64,000 bases of DNA from an uncultured delta proteobacterium. Its GTDB lineage: Bacteria > Myxococcota > Kuafuiibacteriia > Kuafuiibacteriales > Kuafuiibacteriaceae. The DNA is taken from assembly GCA_963803435.1 (NCBI GenBank), contig CAWDML010000003.1, positions 608,001 to 672,000 of the forward strand, given 5' to 3'. The notes below the pieces were generated by a model. The model was not told the origin of the DNA and ran no database searches. It was given only the letters and a program-made list of their open reading frames with translations. Below, one piece after another: positions 58,094-64,000 of the stretch (its first letter is position 1; every line of letters starts with the position of its first letter). The position numbers and the translations under genes were made by a program.

Positions 58094-59781
58094 GCGCGGT
58101 CCTCACCACCTGGGCGCGTTCCCTGGTCGACGCCTTGATCCAGGCGGGCGTCGAAGACTTCGTGCTGAGCCCGGGATCGCGATCCACGCCCCTGGTGGCG
58201 GCGGTGGAGTACGACGGCCGCGCGCGCATCCACACCCTCGTCGACGAGCGGGTCGCCGCCTTCTTCGCGCTGGGACAGGCGCGGGCCAGCGGCCGGCCCA
58301 GCGTCCTGATCGCGACCTCGGGCACGGCTGGCGCGCACTACTTCCCGGCGGTGATCGAGGCCGCCGAGTCCCGGCTGCCGTTGATCGCGTTGACCGCGGA
58401 TCGCCCGCCGGAGCTCCAGGGTTGCCGGTCACCGCAGACGATCGATCAGCTGCACCTGTTTGGACGCCACGTGCGTGCATTCTTCGAGCTGGGGCTACCC
58501 GACGGCTCCGAGCCGGCGCTCCTCGGTCTCCGCCGGAAGGCGGCCCAGGCGTTGGCGGCCGCTGTCCATCCGGATCCCGGCCCGGTGCACCTCAACTTCT
58601 GCGCCCGCAAGCCTCTCGAGCCCATCGAGCCCATCGAGCCGATCGCGCACGCACCGCCGGGACCGACGCGGTTCGGCCGCCCGATCCTGATGCCCGATCC
58701 CGACCAGATCGCGCGGATCGCCGCCCGTCTCCAGCGCGCCGAGCGCGGCCTGATCGCCTGCGGACCGGCGTTGTTCGACGCGATCACCCCCGAGACGGCG
58801 TCCGCGCTCGCACGCGCCACCGGCTTCCCGATGGTGACCGAGGCGACCAGCCAGCTGCGGTTCGCGCCGGTCGAGTGCATCCGGCTCGACGCCTTCGAGG
58901 CCATGGTGCTGGCGGGCGCGCCCATCGAATCGCCGCAGGTCGTGATCGAGCTCGGCGCCCCGCTCACCTCGAGCGCGTGGCATCAGAGGGTCCAGCGCGG
59001 AGGGGCGGAGCGGATCGTGCTGGCACGGAGCACATGGAGCGATCCGTCGAGCAGTGCAGTGGAGATGATCTTCGCAGATCCCGAGCAGTCGGCGCGCGCG
59101 CTGATCGATCGGCTGCCGCCCACCGCGCCGAGCGAGTGGTCGCTGGTCCTCGACCGGCGCAATCTCGCCGCCTGGACCCAGGTGTCCCGCGTGCTGGAGT
59201 CGGCGCCCTTCAGCGAGGCGCACGTCGCTCGGGCGGCGGTGGACGCGCTCAGCGAGGGCAGCGCGCTGGCCATCGCCAATAGCCTCCCGGTGAGGCACCT
59301 CGACCTGTGGTGTCCAGCCCGGGCCTCGTCGATCCGCGTCTTCTCGCAGCGCGGGGCCAACGGGATCGACGGGCTCATCGCAGGAGCCGCCGGCGCGGCC
59401 TCCGCCTTCGGCGGGCGGGTCGTGCTGATGATCGGTGACGTCGCGTTCCTGCACGACCTGGGGGGGCTGGCCGCGGCGCGCCACCAGGACAACCTGACGA
59501 TCCTGATCATCGACAACGACGGCGGTCGCATCTTCGAGCAGCTCCCCATCGCTCGCAGCGGAGCGCCGCTCGACAACTTCTTGACGTCCCCGCGGCTCGA
59601 CGTGGAGCTCGCCTGCCGCGCCTTCGGCATGCGATGCGCGGCGGCCCGCTCGGTCTCGGAGCTGCGCGCTCTGCTCGAGCGCGGGGACATGAACGTCATT
59701 CATGCGGTCGTTCCGCCCTCCGGCGCGCGCGCCATGACGGAGCGACTCGAGAGAATCAACTCAACAGACGAGGAGGCATGA
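58090..59781 (+). CDS. menD: SEPHCHC synthase
   Basis: [58 protein letters not shown]; GTG start 58090. Confidence 0.95.
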   Translation: MSAVLTTWARSLVDALIQAGVEDFVLSPGSRSTPLVAAVEYDGRARIHTLVDERVAAFFALGQARASGRPSVLIATSGTAGAHYFPAVIEAAESRLPLIALTADRPPELQGCRSPQTIDQLHLFGRHVRAFFELGLPDGSEPALLGLRRKAAQALAAAVHPDPGPVHLNFCARKPLEPIEPIEPIAHAPPGPTRFGRPILMPDPDQIARIAARLQRAERGLIACGPALFDAITPETASALARATGFPMVTEATSQLRFAPVECIRLDAFEAMVLAGAPIESPQVVIELGAPLTSSAWHQRVQRGGAERIVLARSTWSDPSSSAVEMIFADPEQSARALIDRLPPTAPSEWSLVLDRRNLAAWTQVSRVLESAPFSEAHVARAAVDALSEGSALAIANSLPVRHLDLWCPARASSIRVFSQRGANGIDGLIAGAAGAASAFGGRVVLMIGDVAFLHDLGGLAAARHQDNLTILIIDNDGGRIFEQLPIARSGAPLDNFLTSPRLDVELACRAFGMRCAAARSVSELRALLERGDMNVIHAVVPPSGARAMTERLERINSTDEEA

Positions 59782-60602
59782 CAATGGTGCTCGAGTGGGT
59801 CGCGGAGAGAGGCTACGAGGACGTCCGCTACGAGAAGGCGGAGGGGATCGCGAAGATCACGATATGCCGGCCGGAGGTTCGCAACGCCTTCCGGCCTCAG
59901 ACGGTCAAGGAGATGCAGCGCGCGTTCTCCGACGCACGCGACGACTCGGAGATCGGCGTTGTGATCCTCACCGGCGAGGGGAAGGACGCGTTCTGCTCGG
60001 GCGGTGATCAGCGCGTCCGCGGCGAGGGTGGCTACGTGGGCGGCGACGGCATCCCGCGGCTCAACGTGCTGGATCTCCAGCGGCAGATCCGGACGCTGCC
60101 GAAGCCGGTGATCGCCATGGTGGCCGGCTGGGCCGTCGGCGGTGGCCACGTCCTGCACATGATGTGCGATCTGACGATCGCCGCCGACAACGCCAAGTTC
60201 GGACAGACCGGACCCAAGGTGGGGAGCTTCGACGGCGGCTACGGCGCCGCCTACATGGCCCGCATCGTCGGCCAGAAGAAGGCCCGCGAGATCTGGTTCC
60301 TTTGCCGCAGCTACGGCGCGAAGGAGGCACTCGACATGGGCCTGGTCAACGCGGTCGTGCCGTACGAGCGGCTCGAGGCCGAGACGGTCCAGTGGGCGCG
60401 CGAGATCCTCCAGCACAGCCCGACGGCGATCCGGTGCCTCAAGGCGGCGCTCAACGCCGACTGCGATGGACAGGCTGGCCTGCAGGAGCTCGCCGGCAAC
60501 GCCACGCTGCTGTTCTACCTGACCGAGGAGGGCCGTGAGGGCAAGGAGGCGTTCCTCGAGAAGAGGAAGCCGGACTTCAAGAAGTTTCCGAGGTTGCCGT
60601 GA
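59778..60602 (+). CDS. menB: 1,4-dihydroxy-2-naphthoyl-CoA synthase
   Basis: [48 protein letters not shown]; SD GAGGAGG. Confidence 0.97.
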   Translation: MTMVLEWVAERGYEDVRYEKAEGIAKITICRPEVRNAFRPQTVKEMQRAFSDARDDSEIGVVILTGEGKDAFCSGGDQRVRGEGGYVGGDGIPRLNVLDLQRQIRTLPKPVIAMVAGWAVGGGHVLHMMCDLTIAADNAKFGQTGPKVGSFDGGYGAAYMARIVGQKKAREIWFLCRSYGAKEALDMGLVNAVVPYERLEAETVQWAREILQHSPTAIRCLKAALNADCDGQAGLQELAGNATLLFYLTEEGREGKEAFLEKRKPDFKKFPRLP

Positions 60603-61474
60603 GCGAGCTGTCCGCCTGGATCACCGCCGCGCGCCCCGCGACGCTCGGCGCCGCGATCGTCCCCGTTGCCGTGGGTACGGCCGTCGCGGCGCGCGCGGGT
60701 GCGTTTGCGGCAGGCCCGGCGCTGGCGGCGTTGTTCGGGGCGATCGCGATCCAGGTGGGCACCAACTTCGTCAACGACGTCTACGACTTCGAGAAGGGCG
60801 CGGATACCGAGTCACGCCTCGGACCCACGCGCGCGGTGCAGTCGGGGCTGCTCTCGGCGAGGCAGGTGAGGGCGGGCGCGCTGGCCTCGTTCGGCGCCGC
60901 CATGTTGATCGGCGCCTACCTGATCGGCGTCGCGGGCTGGGCCGTGCTCGCGATCGGCGTCGCTTCGATCGCGGCCGGGATCGCGTACACCGCCGGTCCC
61001 TGGCCCCTGGCCTATCTCGGGCTCGGCGATCTCTTCGTGATGGTCTTCTTCGGCTTTGTCGCGGTGTGCGGGACCGCCTTCGTCCAGGCCGCCGCGATCC
61101 CGCCGCTCGCATGGGCGGCTGCCTTGCCCGTGGGCGCGCTGTCGACCGCAATCCTCGCCGTCAACAACCTCCGCGACCGGGAGCAAGACGCGCGCGCACG
61201 CAAGCGGACGCTGGCCGTCCGATTGGGGAAGCGGTTCGCCGTGGCCGAGTATCTGGGGCTGTTGGGCGTCTCCTATCTGGTACCGGTTGCCCTCTGGGGG
61301 TCGGGACGTGCCCCGGTCTATGCGCTTCTTCCTTGCCTGACGCTGCCACTGGCGACGAAGCTCGCGCGGCGGGCGATGCGGGAAGAGGGGACTCAACTGA
61401 ACTCGGTCCTGGTCGGGACGGCGAAGCTCCTGGTCCTCTTCGGATCCCTCTTCGCGATCGGTCTGTGGATCTGA
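60599..61474 (+). CDS. menA: DHNA polyprenyltransferase
   Basis: [44 protein letters not shown]...KRTLAVRLG. Confidence 0.95.
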   Translation: MSELSAWITAARPATLGAAIVPVAVGTAVAARAGAFAAGPALAALFGAIAIQVGTNFVNDVYDFEKGADTESRLGPTRAVQSGLLSARQVRAGALASFGAAMLIGAYLIGVAGWAVLAIGVASIAAGIAYTAGPWPLAYLGLGDLFVMVFFGFVAVCGTAFVQAAAIPPLAWAAALPVGALSTAILAVNNLRDREQDARARKRTLAVRLGKRFAVAEYLGLLGVSYLVPVALWGSGRAPVYALLPCLTLPLATKLARRAMREEGTQLNSVLVGTAKLLVLFGSLFAIGLWI

Positions 61475-61475
61475 C

Positions 61476-62489
61476 ATGCTCGTCCGGCGCCGAGCCGTGG
61501 TCGAGGTCGCGGGATCCGTCGCGGCCCGCAACGCGCGCCAATCCTGGAGCTTTCGCCGCGGAATTCTGCTGGTGCTGGAGGACGAGGAGGGCCACGTCGG
61601 GTACGGCGAGGCGAGCCCGCTCCCCGGCTGGTCGCGCGAAGAGCTGGCCCCCGCACGCTGGGCCCTCGAGGCGATGCCGAGCGCCTTCGAGGTTGAAGAC
61701 GAGATCGATGCGATCGATCAGGTGGTCAGAGAGATCCCGGCGCGCCTCGCGTCTTCGCGCTTCGCGCTCGAGACGGCCCTCTACGATCTGCTGGCGAGGC
61801 GCAGAGGCACCTCCGTGGTGTCGCTCTTGGTGCCGCGACGCTCGCGCGCGCCGATCTGTCAGCTGATCGAAGACGGTGATCGGATCGAGGCGGAGACCGT
61901 CAAGGTGAAGGCCGGGCTGTTACCGTTCTCGCTCGAGCTCGACCGCCTCCGAAAGTTGCGCTCCACGATCGGCCGCGACGTCCGCCTGCGCCTCGACTTC
62001 AACGGCTCCCTCCCCGTGCGACGGCTCCACGAGTCGCTCGCGCAGCTGGCCGAGCTCGACGTGGAGCTGGTGGAAGAGCCGGCGCCGGTGGAGGCGCTGC
62101 TCGAGCTGGGCGATGCGCCGGTGTCGCTCGCGCTGGACGAGTCGCTGCTGACCGCAGGCGAGCTCGTCGACGACCTGGCGCGGCTGGGCCTGATCCGAGC
62201 GCTCGTCTTGAAGCCGATGCTGCTCGGCGGCGCGCGGGTGACGCTGCGGGTCGCCGAGTGGGCCGCGCAGATCGGGGTGGCCGTGACCGTGACACACGCA
62301 TTCGACGGACCGGTGGCACACGCCATGACCTCGGCGATCGCGCTCGCGCTCCCCGGCGAGCTGCTCCCGGTCGGCCTTTGGCCCCACGCCGGGATGCATC
62401 TCTGGGGCGAGCGCGCGCTGCCGCACGTGGACGGCGCCTGGATCGTGGAGGGCGGCTCGGTGGGTCTGGGGGTGGGAGGGCTCTCTTGA
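61476..62489 (+). CDS. menC: o-succinylbenzoate synthase
   Basis: GYGEASPLPG, KVK, RLDFNG, VEEP, LDES, LKP enolase-superfamily motifs within the men operon. Confidence 0.88.
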   Translation: MLVRRRAVVEVAGSVAARNARQSWSFRRGILLVLEDEEGHVGYGEASPLPGWSREELAPARWALEAMPSAFEVEDEIDAIDQVVREIPARLASSRFALETALYDLLARRRGTSVVSLLVPRRSRAPICQLIEDGDRIEAETVKVKAGLLPFSLELDRLRKLRSTIGRDVRLRLDFNGSLPVRRLHESLAQLAELDVELVEEPAPVEALLELGDAPVSLALDESLLTAGELVDDLARLGLIRALVLKPMLLGGARVTLRVAEWAAQIGVAVTVTHAFDGPVAHAMTSAIALALPGELLPVGLWPHAGMHLWGERALPHVDGAWIVEGGSVGLGVGGLS

Positions 62490-63745
62490 GGCCCTCGATC
62501 CTCGAGACCGCACGGCTCGCGCCCGATCATCCGGCGCTGATCGTCGAGGGTCGAACCCTCACCTACGGAGAGCTCGCTGCTCGCGTGGTGGAGCGCATGA
62601 AGCGCGGGCTCGAGCCGGGCCCGCTGGTGGTCACGAACAGCGTCGAAGCGGTCGTCGATGTCTGGGCGATGATCGAGCAGCGTGCGCCGATCGGCGTGTT
62701 GCATCCTCGGCTCACCGAACACGAGCGGGCGCCGCTGCTCGCCCGGCTCGCGGCCGCGACGCTTCCGGACGACGCGCTCGCGATCTTCTTCACCTCGGGC
62801 ACCTCGGGCACGCCGAAGGGGGCTGTGCTCTCGGCGCACGCGTTCGTGGCGGCGGCGGAGGCCAGCGCAAAAAACCTGGGCTGGCTCGATCACGACCGCT
62901 GGCTGCTGGCGCTCCCGATCGCGCACGTGGGCGGCTTCTCGATCCTGACGCGCTGCGCTCTCGCCGCGAAGACGGTGATCCTGGAGCCGTCGTTCGACGC
63001 GGAGCGCTTCCTCAACGTGCTGGCCCGCGACCGCGCCACCATGGTCTCGCTGGTGCCCACGATGCTGCGACGGCTGCTCGCCCGCGGCTTCGAGCCGAGC
63101 CCGCACCTGCGCGTCATTCTCCTCGGCGGCGCGCCGGCCCCGGCCGATCTGCTGGCGGAGGCGCGCGTCCACGGCCTGCCTGTCCTGACCACCTATGGGC
63201 TCACGGAGGCCTGCTCGCAGGTGACGGTCGAGGGACGCCCGCTGCCGGGCACCGAGGTCGAGGTCGTCCGCGGCCGGATCCAGATCCGCGGACCCACGCT
63301 CTTCTCGGGCTATCTCGGCGAGCCACGGCGCGCGGAGGGCGCGTGGTTCGATACCGGTGACATGGGTCACCTGGATCGGGACGGACGGCTCGTCGTCGTC
63401 GGGCGCAGGAGCGATCTGATCCTTTCGGGCGGCGAGAACGTTCATCCCGGTGAGGTGGAGGCGGTGCTTCTCCAGCATCCCGCGATTCGAGTGGCGTGCG
63501 TGTTCGGCGTCCCGGATCCGGAGTGGGGTGAGGTCGTCTCGGCCGCGCTGATCGCTCGTGGTGCTCCGGTCGATCTCGCTGTCCTCGAAAAATTCCTGAG
63601 GGAGCGGCTCGCCGGGCATAAGCGGCCGCGGCGGATTTGTTGGGTCGATGAGCTCGCCGAGAATCGTGCGGGCAAGGTGGATCGTCGCGCCGTTCGCGAG
63701 CTGGTGTGGCCGTTGCTTCGGGACCCGAGCGAACGCGAGCCGTAG
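62486..63745 (+). CDS. menE: o-succinylbenzoate-CoA ligase
   Basis: FTSGTSGTPKG, HVGGFS, SLVPTML, TYGLTE, FDTGDMG, GRRSDLILSGGENV; TTG start 62486. Confidence 0.9.
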   Translation: MRPSILETARLAPDHPALIVEGRTLTYGELAARVVERMKRGLEPGPLVVTNSVEAVVDVWAMIEQRAPIGVLHPRLTEHERAPLLARLAAATLPDDALAIFFTSGTSGTPKGAVLSAHAFVAAAEASAKNLGWLDHDRWLLALPIAHVGGFSILTRCALAAKTVILEPSFDAERFLNVLARDRATMVSLVPTMLRRLLARGFEPSPHLRVILLGGAPAPADLLAEARVHGLPVLTTYGLTEACSQVTVEGRPLPGTEVEVVRGRIQIRGPTLFSGYLGEPRRAEGAWFDTGDMGHLDRDGRLVVVGRRSDLILSGGENVHPGEVEAVLLQHPAIRVACVFGVPDPEWGEVVSAALIARGAPVDLAVLEKFLRERLAGHKRPRRICWVDELAENRAGKVDRRAVRELVWPLLRDPSEREP

Positions 63746-63779
63746 CCGGCCGAGCGCACCCACCTCACCGAGGAGGGTT

Positions 63780-64000
63780 ATGAACAGCATCATGGAGAGT
63801 CAGTCGAGGAACGCCTATCTGGAGCAGGTCGTCCAGGAGAAGGCCCAGCTGGAGGAGGACCTGAAGATCGGCGCCCGCAAGCGGAAGATGGTCGCGCCGC
63901 GATCGGGCGAGGTGCTCGACGAAGGTGGCGGCAACAACCTCGGCGTCCGCATCACCGGCTTCTGGCGGTGGAGGAACGTGATCGTTCCTCCGAGCTGCTA
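63780..64000 (+). CDS. Partial CDS, probably SPFH/flotillin-like (runs off the window)
   Basis: SD AGGAGG before ATG 63780; MNSIMESQ..GVRITGFWRWRNVIVPP, open to the window end; family call from recollection only. Confidence 0.55.
   Translation, partial: MNSIMESQSRNAYLEQVVQEKAQLEEDLKIGARKRKMVAPRSGEVLDEGGGNNLGVRITGFWRWRNVIVPPSC

Noticed and set aside
57301-59781. 826-aa MenD (likewise the extended ORFs starting at 21152, 22399, 47305, 53797 and 62258)
   Set aside because: The upstream parts are out-of-frame overlaps with the preceding genes; coupled starts lie downstream

Overview
High-GC bacterial chromosomal DNA, most likely Myxococcota (TIGR04551-type barrel, three Ser/Thr kinase-family genes, Ig/ASH-VWA and Cys-rich lipoproteins). 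Core content: pheS-pheT-merR-ihfA, a lone nuoN, tRNA-Cys(GCA), tRNA-Arg(CCG), a cdaA-YbbR diadenylate cyclase fusion, a GABA-shunt cluster, a glycan-modification cluster, mce, a divergent HTH-citrate synthase / citrate synthase pair, argH-lipoprotein-lysA-dapA-dapB, rsfS, malic enzyme, and a 9-gene menaquinone operon that also carries DAHP synthase and HMG-CoA reductase, opposite a GbsR-family regulator. Main points of interest: (1) a coupled pair of RiPP-like enzymes with no visible precursor, namely an arginase-like protein with both MnB ligands changed to Arg plus a JmjC/degenerate HExxH fusion; (2) an ~870-bp IS1182-derived element with ~70-bp inverted ends carrying a divergent four-helix-bundle passenger; (3) eight of nine apparent frameshifts are GATC->GAWTC single-base insertions, suggesting sequencing errors caused by a DNA modification at GATC; (4) candidate operators for the GbsR and HTH-citrate synthase regulators; (5) a probable AUA start for rsfS. 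All product calls come from manual motif recognition; no database search was run.
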